This document shows, piece by piece, positions 32,599 through 44,085 of a stretch of 64,000 nt of DNA. Every line of letters begins with the position of its first letter. Position 1 is the stretch's first letter. The notes below the pieces were generated by a model that did not search any database, had not been told where the DNA came from, and saw only the letters and a list, made by a program, of their open reading frames with translations. The stretch comes from an uncultured Candidatus Saccharibacteria bacterium (GTDB lineage Bacteria > Patescibacteriota > Minisyncoccia > UBA6257 > JAKLIH01): assembly GCA_964618955.1 (NCBI GenBank), contig CAZUBO010000002.1:1582-65581 (forward strand), read 5' to 3'. Made by a program: the position numbers and the translations under genes.

Positions 32599-32627
32599 TT
32601 GACTCTGAAAAGGGGGTATGGTATAAT
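32599..32627 (+). promoter_or_regulatory. Near-consensus sigma70 promoter for the 3D-domain gene
   Basis: ttgact, 17 nt, tataat, with TGG upstream of the -10 (tatggtataat). A perfect DnaA-box-like ttatccaca lies at 32583..32591. Confidence 0.6.
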
Positions 32628-32644
32628 ATACCTATCTTTCAGCA

Positions 32645-33196
32645 ATGAAAGATTTTTTAACTATTATGGATACAGGCGGGGGTTCAAAAGCTAAATTGAA
32701 CCTTACATCCAGTAAAATCTGATCACTATTCATTAACAAGCGTAAAAGCTTATTAATGGTAGCGTGTATGGGTTTATTCTTAAACCTAGGTCAAGCTGGA
32801 TTTTTATCTCTTAACGAAGCGTCATCTGTAGTTGTTCCTTTCCAAAGCGGTTATTCCTACAATGCTTTATTCTTAAAGCCTGTTGGAACTCAACCCAAGA
32901 ATACCTCACCAGTTAAAATAAAAGTAACAATCACGGCCTATTCTTCTACAATTGAACAATGCGATAACGATCCTTTCGTTACTGCATCTGGTCATCCGGT
33001 TGAAGAGGGTATCATTGCTGCTAACTTCTTGCCTTTTGATACAAGAGTTAGAATCCCGGCAATCTACGGTGATAGAGTATTCGTTGTGAAGGACAGGATG
33101 AACCAAAAGTATAACAATAGAGTAGACGTTTGATTTGGTGATACAAAAGAAGCAATAGACTTTGGTGTCAAATCAACGTTTATCGAAATATTTTAA
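32645..33196 (+). CDS. 3D-domain (MltA/RlpA-like double-psi beta-barrel) cell-wall protein
   Basis: N-terminal hydrophobic anchor, then VTITAYSS..QCDNDPFVTASG..IAAN..RVRIP..VKDRMN, typical of 3D domains. Two in-frame TGAs. Confidence 0.75.
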
Positions 33197-33201
33197 AAAA
33201 G

Positions 33202-33232
33202 AAAGCCAACCTGAAAGGGTTGGTTTTTCTTT
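33202..33232 (+). terminator. Terminator after the 3D-domain gene
   Basis: ccaacc tgaaag ggttgg core with A/T extensions and a T-run. Confidence 0.55.
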
Positions 33233-33291
33233 TAAAAAATACTTTTAATTTTTTGTTTTTTGTGATATACTTTAGTAATAAACACATTATC

Positions 33292-33999
33292 ATGTTAACA
33301 ACTTTAGGAATTGTATTGAGTAAAAAAGATGTTGGAGAATACGATAGAGAGTATTGTTTTTTTACAAAGAATTATGGTAAAATAAAACTAATAGCAAAGT
33401 CGGTAAGAAAGCCATTATCGAAATTAAGCGGACAATTAGAACCACCGTCTTTGATTGAAGTTGTATTTGTACCGAACAATGATAAGGGATTGATTACTAC
33501 AGCATTAGTTAAAAAGAATTATTTAAAAGTTCGAAGAATACTAGAAAAACAAAAGACATACAATACTATAGTAAGAACTATTGAAGAATTAACTGAATAC
33601 AAACACAAGGATTTAATAATGTGAGGATTATTAAAAAATACAATTGATAATTTAAATAATTATGAATGGAAGTTAATTGAAATTGATTTTCTGGCAAAAT
33701 TCTTGAAAGTCTTAGGATTCTCACCGAATGTTGAACATTGTATTAAATGCCAAAGGAAAATTTTAAATGAAGTTAATATATATTTTGATAATGAACATTG
33801 GGGATTCTGTTGTGAGAAATGCAAAAATATTAAGAATGAAAAAGTAACATTACAAGTTTTTAAGATTCTATCAATTTTATTAACATTACCTTTAAAAGAG
33901 ATTTTGAATAGGGAATTGGATGAGCCAATATTAATTCAATACAAAAAAATACAGAGTTTGTTAAATAAGTATTTAAAACAAATAAAAAAATATTTTTAA
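33292..33999 (+). CDS. recO: DNA repair protein RecO
   Basis: OB-fold N-terminus (GIVLSKKDVGEYDREYCFFTKNYGKI), C-terminal zinc module CIKC..x..CEKC. One in-frame TGA at 33622. Confidence 0.8.
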
Positions 34000-34009
34000 A
34001 AAATACAAT

Positions 34010-35743
34010 ATGGGAATAAAAAATAGCCAAAACAAATTGTTTGCTTTAGGAATGATCACAACTATTATTCTAATAGTTGGAGGATATTTTGCTTGAAAAC
34101 TACTAACTCCTGGGAGTGTGAATTTTTCAATTGAAAGTCCTAAAGAGATTAAGTCAGGCGAGACACAAAAGATTAAATTCATTTGTGAGAATAATACCAG
34201 ACTAATTTTAGCTAATTCCCAAATTAAAATTAAATTACCAGACAATGCTTTTGATATTGATTACAGTCAAACTCCAACAATACTGTTAGGAGACGTAGCT
34301 CCAAAAGAAAAGATTGAAAAAGAAATTGAAGTAGTCTTCTATGGAGTTACGGGAGACAAGCCAAAGATTGAAGCTTCATTTGAATACAAGCCTCAAGGAT
34401 TCTCTTCAGTCTTTAAAAAAGACCAAGACTTTAGTATGTTGATTAATGGTTCAAGTATTAGTTTGAACATTACTAATCCAAACCAAGTTTTGCCAGAGAC
34501 TCCTTTTGATATGGGGATTGCTTGAACCAATCAAGCTAAAAAAGATTTTGAGAATTTGGTAGTAAAGATTAATTACCCAGCAGAATTTAATTTCAATTCA
34601 AGCGATCAAGAAGCTATAAGAACTGATAATACTTTTGATTTAGGTTTTGTTAGATCGTTTGAGCAGGGGAATATCAATCTTTCTGGATTCATGAATAGCC
34701 AAGGAGGAGAGAATAAGAAATTCGAAGTTTTGATAGGGATAGAATTAAAAGACATGAAGAAATTCTTTGTAATTAATAAATCGGAATCAGTAGTATCGTT
34801 AGTAAGTAATCCTTTGAGTTTAAACGTAAAGGTTAATGATGTAAGTACTTATTCAGCTAGTATTGGCGAGATGCTGCATGTAAGTTTGGATTACAAGAAT
34901 AACTATAATGTGCCTTTGAATAATATGGTATTAAAAGTTGTATTTGATGGTACATATTTTGATTACAAAAAGTTAATACCTAATAAAGGATATTTTACTT
35001 TTGGTAATAAAACTATTACTTGGAATGAAGTCCAAATACCAGAATTAGCAACACTAAATCCAGGAGAAGGGGGAAATATTGAATTCTCAATACCAGTAAC
35101 TGATAAATTCAATGTAAAGACATATGCTGATAAGAATTTGAAATTGAATATCAATGCTATAATAGAAAGCTTAACACCAGTTCAGGGATTGGATGTAAAT
35201 TCTAAAGTCAAAGCTAGTAGTAGCGCTATGGTGAAATTAAATGCCGATATGAATGTAGAAATTACTGGATTCTTTACTGACAACAAAACTACAATAAGCA
35301 ATTGTGGAAGCTTACCTTTAAAGGTTGGCCAGAAAACTTGTTATACCGTACATATGAAGATTAAGAATTATTTGAATGATGTAAATAATATATTGATTAC
35401 TACTGACTTACCTTACTATGCAAACTATACTAATAAATTCACAACAAGTTATAGCAATGCTGATTTTACTTTCGATACGTTTTCAAAGAAATTGATTTGG
35501 AAGCTAGATAGTTTACCAGCTAATTCCGGAGTAATTACAAAACCTTATGAATTAGTATTCCAAGTAGAAGTAGCTCCGACAACAAATGAAGCAAATTCAG
35601 CTATTCCGATTATAAATTCAACGAGTATGTCAGCTACTGATTCATTCACTCAGAATAAGATTAGTAAGACTTACAAAGAATTAATGTCAAATAATATCGG
35701 GGATGCATTAACTAATTCGGGATATGGCAGAGTAACTGAATAA
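34010..35743 (+). CDS. Hypothetical N-terminally anchored surface protein (577 aa), beta-rich
   Basis: ATG 34010 is in frame with ORFs 34118 and 34556, joined by TGAs. One N-terminal TM helix, then repetitive beta-strand-like sequence. No family recognised. Confidence 0.6.
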
Positions 35744-35770
35744 TATATATTAAAGATTAAAAAAAACAAT

Positions 35771-37009
35771 ATGCAAAAACAAAGTTTTACATTAGTAGAA
35801 TTAATGATAGTAATAGCAATCTTAGCAATATTATCAGCTATTGTAATTTTTGCATTAAACCCAGCCAGACTCTTTGATAACTTTAGAGATTCTAAGAGAG
35901 TAACTGATATATCTAGTATTAACAAAGCTATTGTATTCATGGAATCTTGAAATCAATCAGGTATTACTTATGGTACAACAACAAACGTATATATATCTCT
36001 TCCTGATTCAAGTTCTACTTGTAGTTCTTATTCATTACCAACTCTTCCTACTGGATACAATTATTACTGTAGTAATCCTACAACGTATAAGAATACTGAT
36101 GGTACTGGCTGAATACCTATCAACTTTACGGTTGAAGGATCCAATAGATATCTATCAAGTTTACCTATTGATCCAGTCAATAATTCTTCTTTTTTTTATA
36201 CCTACTATTCAGGAGGATCCTATGAATTAACTGCCATACTATCTAATCCCAATAAGAACTCCATTAATGATGAAGGAAGTCTTACATCAACCTTTGAGAT
36301 TGGTAGTCCTAATAGAACATTTAATACTCCACTACAAAGAGATAAAGGATTAGTATTATACTATGACTTCAACGAAGTATCTGGTAATGCCCAAGATCAT
36401 TCAGGGAATGGATATACAGGAACTCTTAATGGACCAGTTAGACAGACATTAGTTGGAACTGATCAAGCAATGTACTACGATGCCAGTTCCTCAGATTATA
36501 TTTCAACTCCTTCTTTTGCAATACCTGATACTGGAGTACTTACAATAGAAGTGTGAATGAAGAGCAAACTTGATACTACACATCATCAAACAATATTAGG
36601 CGATGCTAATCAAAACTCATCAATTAGTTATCTTTTTTTTATTAGATACGCGAATACAAATGTTTTATATTATGAATATGCTAATGGAACAGTTATAGGC
36701 ACTGTTAATTTTGCTAATTTTTTTCAAAACTTAGATGATCAATGAATCCATATAGTAGTAATTTGTGATTATTCAAATAAAACATTAAAAGCATATAGAA
36801 ATGGAATTCAGTTTGGAACTACACAAAATCTTTCGGGAACCCCACAATTTCCGTCAATTAACAGAGTAAAATATATTGGTACTTGATCGGGCTCTTCGCA
36901 TAAACTAACTGATGGCTCCCTTGACGAAGTAAGAATATATAATAGAGGGTTGAGTGCCGAAGAGATAGCGGCCCAGTATACAAATACAAAATCTCACTAT
37001 GGACAATAG
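35771..37009 (+). CDS. Type IV pilin-like / LamG lectin fusion protein, paralog 2 (412 aa)
   Basis: Same architecture as 31233. QKQS-FTLVELMIVIAILAILSAIV ... DGSLDEVRIYNRGLSAEEI. In-frame TGAs include the one in the WMKS motif. TAG stop at 37007. Confidence 0.85.
35779..37009 (+). repeat. Pilin-lectin repeat unit, copy 2
   Basis: Near-identical to copy 3 over about 750 bp, including a 233-bp block (36245..36477) that I found identical base for base to 41242..41474. Confidence 0.9.
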
Positions 37010-37056
37010 CATAAAAATGTTCTAGAATATTAATACATAATAAATAAAATACAAAT

Positions 37057-38385
37057 ATGAAAGCCAAGCAAAATCAAATGGAAAAATTAGTAGCCTTTTT
37101 AAAGGATAACGGATTTATCAATCTATCATCAGAACCTTATGGTGGGTTCTCAAGTTCGTATGATTACGGCCCTTATGGAGTTGAAGTAAAAAACAATTTG
37201 AAAAAGGCTTGATGAGATACTATGACAAAAGAATTTGATAATATTGTAGGGATTGATTCTTCAATATTAATGTCTCCTAAAGTATGAGAAGCTTCGGGAC
37301 ATTTAACTGCTGGCTTTGCTGATGAATTAGTTGAATGTAAAGAATGTCATAAGAGATTCAAGGCTGATGAATTAGAGAATGAAAAATGTCCAAGCTGTAA
37401 GGGGGAATTATCAGCTCCAAAGAAATTCAATGTAATGATGAAGACTTTTGTAGGACCAATCGAAGATAGTGCTAATATTGTATATTTGAGAGGAGAAGCT
37501 TGCCAGGGAATATATATGAATTTCTTATGAGCAAAGAATTCAGCTAGAATGAAAATACCTTTTGGTATTTGTCAGATTGGAAAAGCTTTTAGAAATGAAA
37601 TTACTCCTGGACCGTTTACTTTTAGAACCAGAGAATTCGAGCAAATGGATTTACAATTCTTTGTACATCCATTTGAAGCTGATAAATACTTTGAATTCTG
37701 AAAAGAGCAAAGAATGAATTACTACTTGAAGTTAGGAATTAGTAAAGGCCATTTGCGTTTTACAGATCATCCTGAAAACAAGTTAGCTCATTATGCTAAG
37801 AAGGCTTGTGATATTGAATATTTGTTTCCTTTTGGATGAAGCGAGATAGAGGGAATACATAATAGAACTGATTGAGATTTAGGGAATCATTCTAAGGCTA
37901 GCGGAACAGACTTATCATACTTTGATCAAGAGACAAAGGAGAAGTATATGCCATACATTATCGAAACTTCTGCTGGATGTGATAGAACTTTGTTAGCATT
38001 CTTATCAGAAGCCTTTGTTGAATTCGAAAAAGGTAGAAATGAAGATTCCGAAAGTACTGAATACTTGATGAATTTGAATAAGAAATTAGCTCCAGTTAAG
38101 GTAGCTATAATGCCTTTGATGAAGAACAAAGAAGAATTGCAAAAGAAGGCTAGAGAGATATATGATAATTTAAAGTTTGAATTCAATACTAAGTTTGACG
38201 ATAGTGGATCTATTGGAAAACGCTATCGTAGAATGGATGAGTTAGGAACTCCTTATTGTATTACAATTGATTTTGATACTTTGACTGATGATTGCGTTAC
38301 CGTTAGAGATAGAGATACAATGAAGCAAGAAAGAATTGAAATCAAAGAATTAAAAAATTTCTTAAGAGAAAAATATGCTTACTAA
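37057..38385 (+). CDS. glyQS: Glycine--tRNA ligase (alpha2 / GlyQS type)
   Basis: [26 protein letters not shown] (TGA TGA at 37210..37215), [42 protein letters not shown]-terminal anticodon-binding domain in ORF 37948..38385. Confidence 0.93.
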
Positions 38386-39682
38386 ACATTTAAGTAAAAT
38401 ACCTGATAAATGTGAGTTTGAAAAATATGTTTTAAAAAATGGATTGGAAGTTGTTTTAATTCCGATTAAGAATGTGTTTTCAGTTGATGCAAAGTTGACA
38501 GTTCGAGTTGGGTCACAATACGAAACTAAAGAATTGAGTGGAATATCTCATTTCTTAGAGCATATGAATTTCAAGGGAACTAAAAACAAACCTAATCATG
38601 CTTTGCTAACTAAAAGCATTGATGAGAATGGTGGATTACAAAATGCTTCTACTGGGTATGATTTTACTTCGTACTACGCACATATTGGTTTTGAATACTT
38701 AGAATGTATATTAGACTTCTTATCAGATATATTTGTAAATTCAATATTTCCAGAAGAAGAATTTCAAAAAGAAAAAGGAGTAGTTATTGAAGAGATTAGA
38801 ATGTATGAAGATCTTCCTAGAGTTAAAGCCGAAGAATTAATGTTAGAAGCTCTATACGGCGATCAACCTGCCGGAAGGAATATCGCTGGAACCGAAAAGA
38901 ATATTTTAAATATGAATCGATCGCAGATGGTTGCTTTTTATAAAAAATATTACCATCCGAAGAATGCTACTTTGTTTGTAATGGGTAATTTTGATAATGC
39001 TCAAACTAAAAAATTAATTAAAAAATATTTTGAATTTGAAGTTAAGACAAAAGAAATTAAATATCCTAAAGCCAAATTATTGATTGATGGACCTAAAGTT
39101 AATTCTGGAGCCAAAGACTTAAAAGAAACTCACTTTGTCTTAGGATTTAATGCTTTTAAGCCAGGGGATAAGAGAAATGCAATATTATCAGTAATTAATG
39201 GTATTTTGTCTGATGGTTTTAATAGCAGACTCTATCTAAATGTCCGAGAGAAGCTAGGTGGAGCTTACTATATCACTAGCGGGGTAGACAAGATATTTGA
39301 TAGAGGAGTTTTCTCGGTATTAGCTGGAGTAAATACAGCTAAAACAAAATTAATCTTAAGTGAAATTATTAAAGAATTAAGGATTTTGAAAAACGAATTG
39401 GTTAAGAAGGAAGAATTAGAGAAGACAAAGAATCGTATTGTAGGATCAATTCTAATGTCATTAGACGATCCTTATACTATTGCGGAACCAGCTTACGAAG
39501 CTATAACTTTTATGACTAAAGTAGAGACTTTCAAACAATACATTGATGCTATTATGAAGGTTACTGATAAAGATATCATGAAGATTAGTAAAGAATTGTT
39601 TAATGTGGAAAATATTAAGATGGGAGTAGTATCGAAAAAACAGGATGCTAAAGAGTTGAAGGATATAATCAAAACAATTTAA
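38375..39682 (+). CDS. M16-family (insulinase/pitrilysin-like) zinc peptidase
   Basis: HFLEHMNFKGT inverted zincin motif (HxxEH) and a downstream EE region. Uninterrupted 435-aa ORF overlapping the glyQS end by 11 nt. Confidence 0.88.
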   Translation: MLTKHLSKIPDKCEFEKYVLKNGLEVVLIPIKNVFSVDAKLTVRVGSQYETKELSGISHFLEHMNFKGTKNKPNHALLTKSIDENGGLQNASTGYDFTSYYAHIGFEYLECILDFLSDIFVNSIFPEEEFQKEKGVVIEEIRMYEDLPRVKAEELMLEALYGDQPAGRNIAGTEKNILNMNRSQMVAFYKKYYHPKNATLFVMGNFDNAQTKKLIKKYFEFEVKTKEIKYPKAKLLIDGPKVNSGAKDLKETHFVLGFNAFKPGDKRNAILSVINGILSDGFNSRLYLNVREKLGGAYYITSGVDKIFDRGVFSVLAGVNTAKTKLILSEIIKELRILKNELVKKEELEKTKNRIVGSILMSLDDPYTIAEPAYEAITFMTKVETFKQYIDAIMKVTDKDIMKISKELFNVENIKMGVVSKKQDAKELKDIIKTI

Positions 39683-39704
39683 TAATTCTTTTAAATTAAA
39701 AACT

Positions 39705-40733
39705 ATGGAAAGAGAAATACATATTTCTTTTAAAAGCTTATGAAGAATCTGCTTTGTCGGATTGATGGTTTTTGGATTAATATATTTTAGACAAATTCTA
39801 TTGATGTTCATGGCGTCTTTAATTCTATCAGCTTCAATGGAGAATATTATTAATTGGTTTGAATCTAAAAAAATCCCCAGAATATTTTCAGCTATTTCAG
39901 TATATATTTTATTAATTTTTATAATTGTTGGTTTGGTATATATTATCTTTCCACCTTTGTTTCAAAACATATTAAGCTTGACTGGAGAATTGCCAACAAT
40001 GCTAAAATCTAGTACCACTTCAAGATTTTTTAAGAATTATTTACCGTTTATTAATAACAAGAGTTTATTGACTAATGCTTTTACGACTGATAATACTTTT
40101 AGTTACGTCGGGAATTTAGTTAAGAATTTATCAAGAATTGTTTTAGGATTATCTAATTTCTTCTTAATCATCTTAGTAGCTTTTTATTTGTCTTTGGAGA
40201 GAAGATGATTTAAGAATATGCTAGAGATGTTCTTGCCTCAGACTTACAAAAAGTATTTTATTAGATTATGGGAGAAGGCAGAAAACAAGATGGTATTCTG
40301 ACTATATAGCCAGATTGCTTTGAGCATGTTTCTAACTAGTATGGCTATAATTATCTTCTATATCATGGATATCCCATATCCATTATTATCAGCTATTATC
40401 TTAGGGTTATTTGATTTTGTACCTTTTATTGGACCAATAATTGCTACAGTTGTTATTGTATTTATTAATATGGATGGGGTTACTAAGTCAGGGATACTAT
40501 TAGCAGTATGTTTAGGATTACAATATATCCAAAATATTTTTGGACCATATATTAGAAGCAAATTCTTGAAAGTTGATCCAATAGTTACTTTATTTTTTAT
40601 TGCTATCTTTGGAAAGTTTGGTGGGGCTTTAGGGGTATTTGTCGCTATTCCGTTATCAACAACTATTGTTGAATTTTTGAAGGATTTAACTAATGAAAAG
40701 ATTTGCGATGAGAGATTTAAAAAATTAATATAA
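39705..40733 (+). CDS. AI-2E family transporter (PerM/YhhT-like permease)
   Basis: About 8 TM helices. GLFDFVPFIGPIIA signature. Fragments 39762 and 40320 are in frame with ATG 39705 through TGAs. Confidence 0.8.
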
Positions 40734-40767
40734 TATGCTAGAATATATTAAAATTAAGAATTAAATA

Positions 40768-42006
40768 ATGCAAAAGAAAAGTTTCACATTAGTAGAATTA
40801 ATGATAGTAATAGCAATCTTAGCAATATTATCAGCTATTGTAATTTTTGCATTAAACCCAGCCAGACTCTTTGATAACTTTAGAGATAGTAGAAGAGTAA
40901 CTGATATATCTAGTATTAACAAAGCTATTGTCTTCATGGAATCTTGAAATCAATCAGGTATTACTTATGGTACATCAACAAACGTGTATATCTCTCTTCC
41001 TGATTCAAGTTCAACTTGTTCAACATATTCATTACCAACTCTTCCTACTGGATACAATTATTACTGTAGTAGTCCTACAACATATAAGAATACTGACGGT
41101 ACTGGCTGAATACCTATCAACTTTACAGTTGTTGGATCCAATAGATATCTATCAAGTCTTCCTATTGATCCAGTCAATAACAATTCTTTCTTCTATACCT
41201 ACTATTCAGGAGGATCCTATGAATTAACTGCCATCCTTTCAAATCCCAATAAGAACTCCATTAATGATGAAGGAAGTCTTACATCAACCTTTGAGATTGG
41301 TAGTCCTAATAGAACATTTAATACTCCACTACAAAGAGATAAAGGATTAGTATTATACTATGACTTCAACGAAGTATCTGGTAATGCCCAAGATCATTCA
41401 GGGAATGGATATACAGGAACTCTTAATGGACCAGTTAGACAGACATTAGTTGGAACTGATCAAGCAATGTACTATGATGCTTCTGCCAGCGACTATATCT
41501 CAACTCCTTCTTTTGCAATACCTGATACAGGAATACTGACGGTAGAGGCGTGGATGAAGAGTAAAATACAAGCTTCCATTTATCAATCAATAATAAGTGA
41601 TTATAATGAAAATCCTACAATAGGTTTTTTATGAATATTTAGAGCTATAAATTCAGATAACATTGTTATAGAATATTCCAATGGTACTATAAGCACTTCT
41701 ACGGGTTATTCCAATTTTTTTCAAAATCTTGATAACCAATGGATCCATATAGTAATAGTTTCTGATTATACCACTAAAACAATGAAAGCATATAGAAATG
41801 GAGTTCAATTTGGGAATACTATAAGTCTTACGGGTATTCCACAATTTCCCTCAACCAACAAGGCAAAATTTATGGGATCTTATGATCTTACAAGACACAA
41901 ACTCACCGACGGTTCCCTTGATGAAGTAAGAATATATAATAGAGGGTTGAGTGCGGAGGAGATAAGTGCTCAATATACAAATACAAAGTCTCGCTACGGA
42001 CAATAA
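40768..42006 (+). CDS. Type IV pilin-like / LamG lectin fusion protein, paralog 3 (412 aa)
   Basis: QKKS-FTLVELMIVIAILAILSAIV ... DGSLDEVRIYNRGLSAEEI. ORF 41782..42006 is its C-terminus. TAA stop. Confidence 0.85.
40777..42006 (+). repeat. Pilin-lectin repeat unit, copy 3
   Basis: See copy 2. Diverges from copy 2 mainly between about 41555 and 41735. Confidence 0.9.
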
Positions 42007-42030
42007 TTAAATAATTAATAAATATACATC

Positions 42031-43530
42031 ATGAATAAGAAACTATTTGTAACATGTGCGTTACCATACATCAATGCTGAACCTCATTTAGGTCATGTGT
42101 TTGAATTTATTCAAGCTGATTGTTTTGTAAGATTCCATAAGATAATAGTGGATGAGGTATATTTTACAGCTGGGACGGATGAAAACAGCTTGAAGAATAT
42201 CATTGCTAGCAAAGAAAATGGGGTTAGTATTAAAGACTGATTAGATCAGAAGTCAAATTCATTTTTGAAGTTGAAAGATGATTTTAAAATATCTTTTGAT
42301 GATTTCATTCGAACTTCAGAAGAGAGACATCACTTAGGAGCTCAGAAGCTCTGAAGCGCTATGGACAAGAATGATATTATCAAGAAGAATTATGAAGGGC
42401 TATATTGTGTTGGATGCGAAACATTCTATACGGAAGACGAATTAGTTGATGGCTTATGCCCAGAGCATAAGAAAGCACCAGAAAAGATTACGGAAGAGAA
42501 TTACTTTTTTGTATTGAAGAATTACCAAAAGTTTTTAATTGATAAGATTGAGAAGAATGAATGAAAGATTATGCCAGAAAGTCGTAAGAATGAAATGCTA
42601 AGTTTTATTAAAGGAGATCTATTTGATGTGAGTGTCACTAGAAGTAAAAAGAGAAGTGAAGGATTGGGAATTGAAATACCAGAAGATAAAGACCAAGTAT
42701 TATGAGTTTGAATCGATGCATTATCAAACTACATTAATGTTTTGAATTATGGATTAGAAGATACTTCTTTATTTGAAGAATGATGAAATAAGAGTGACGA
42801 GATATGGCATTTCTTAGGTAAGGGAATTTTAAGATTCCATGCAGCTTTTTGACCAGCATTCCTAGAATCAGCTCAGGTTAGAATCCCAACTCATTTATTC
42901 TGTCATGGATATATTACTTTGAATAATGAGAAGATGTCTAAGTCTTTAGGGAATAGTTTAAATCCAAGAGATTTATTAGTTAAATATCCGGTGGATTCAA
43001 TACGATATTATTTAATGAAGGATATTCCTTCAGGAGATGATGGAGATTTTAATGAAGTTAATTTGACTAATAGACATAACAATGAATTATGTGCTTCTTG
43101 AGGGAATTTGGTTTCTAGAGTATTAGCTTTAGGAGAACAATACCAAAAGCCAATAAAGTTGAATTCTAATGAATTGAAATCTGAAATTGAAGTTGCAATT
43201 AAGAATTATACTGAATGTTTTTCGAATGTAAAGATTAATGACGTTGTGAGTGTTTGTTTTGATTTGATTGCCAAAATCAATAAATACATTAGTGAACAAA
43301 AGCCTTGATCATTGATAACTAGTTCTGAATCTGACTTTGAAAGAATAATTTCAAGTTCTTTATATGGCGTTATATATGCTAATATGCTATTATCAGCCAT
43401 AATGCCAGATAGTAGTTCAAAGATATTTGATACTCTAGGAATAGAAGCTAAGAATTTGAAAGACTTAGAATCAATTAATGGTAGAGAATTCAATCTTAAA
43501 AAACCAGAGAATTTATTTAATAGAATTTAA
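42031..43530 (+). CDS. metG: Methionine--tRNA ligase (short form, 499 aa)
   Basis: PYINAEPHLGH (HIGH), zinc knuckle CVGCETF..CPEH, VL-W-V-W-IDALSNY, FHAAF-W-PAFL (TGA 42850), KMSKSLGN. Five track fragments are in one frame. Confidence 0.93.
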
Positions 43531-43531
43531 T

Positions 43532-43975
43532 ATGTCTAACGTATTAGCTAGTAATAAAAAAGCATTCTTTGATTATGAAATTAAAGATATAGTTGAAGCA
43601 GGGATTGTTTTAAAAGGGTATGAAGTAAAGGCAGTGAAGCAATCACATATGAGCTTGAATGGTGCTTATGCAACTTTTCATAGTAACGAATTGTTTTTAA
43701 TTAATACAACAATATCAGAATACCAAGTAAAGAATCAACCAAAGACTTATGACAAGACGGGAAGTCATAAGTTATTATTGAAGAAATCAGAATTAGAAAT
43801 GCTGATTAGACAAATGAAAGAAAAAAGAATGGTACTAGTTCCAACTAAAGTGTATTTGAAAAACAATTTAGTGAAAGTTGAGATTGGAATTGGTAGACCT
43901 AAAAAACAATATGACAAGAGAGCGGTTATCAAAGAAAGGGAAGGTAAAAGATCAATTAAAAAAGACCTGTATTAA
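43532..43975 (+). CDS. smpB: SsrA-binding protein SmpB
   Basis: NKKAFFDYEI..EAGIVLKGYEVK..LVPTKVYLKNNLVKVEIGIGRPKKQYDKR. ATG lies 1 nt after the metG stop. Confidence 0.92.
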   Translation: MSNVLASNKKAFFDYEIKDIVEAGIVLKGYEVKAVKQSHMSLNGAYATFHSNELFLINTTISEYQVKNQPKTYDKTGSHKLLLKKSELEMLIRQMKEKRMVLVPTKVYLKNNLVKVEIGIGRPKKQYDKRAVIKEREGKRSIKKDLY

Positions 43976-44031
43976 TAGCCTTTAAATTCTTACCATTCTT
44001 CGATTTTAGTACCATAAAAAGCCAGGCGGTA

Positions 44032-44060
44032 TTGACATTTTTAGCGTTTGGTGCTAAAAT
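44032..44060 (+). promoter_or_regulatory. Near-consensus promoter for the DUF4143 ATPase gene
   Basis: ttgaca, 17 nt, taaaat. Confidence 0.5.
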
Positions 44061-44085
44061 CAACTTAATAGTTAATTTTAGTACT

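Noticed and set aside
32030-41740. A diversity-generating retroelement (DGR) as the source of the hypervariable lectin segment.
   Set aside because: No reverse transcriptase, template repeat or accessory gene is visible in the window. The differences among copies include indels and changes at all base types rather than adenine-specific substitutions. Paralog divergence plus recombination fits better.
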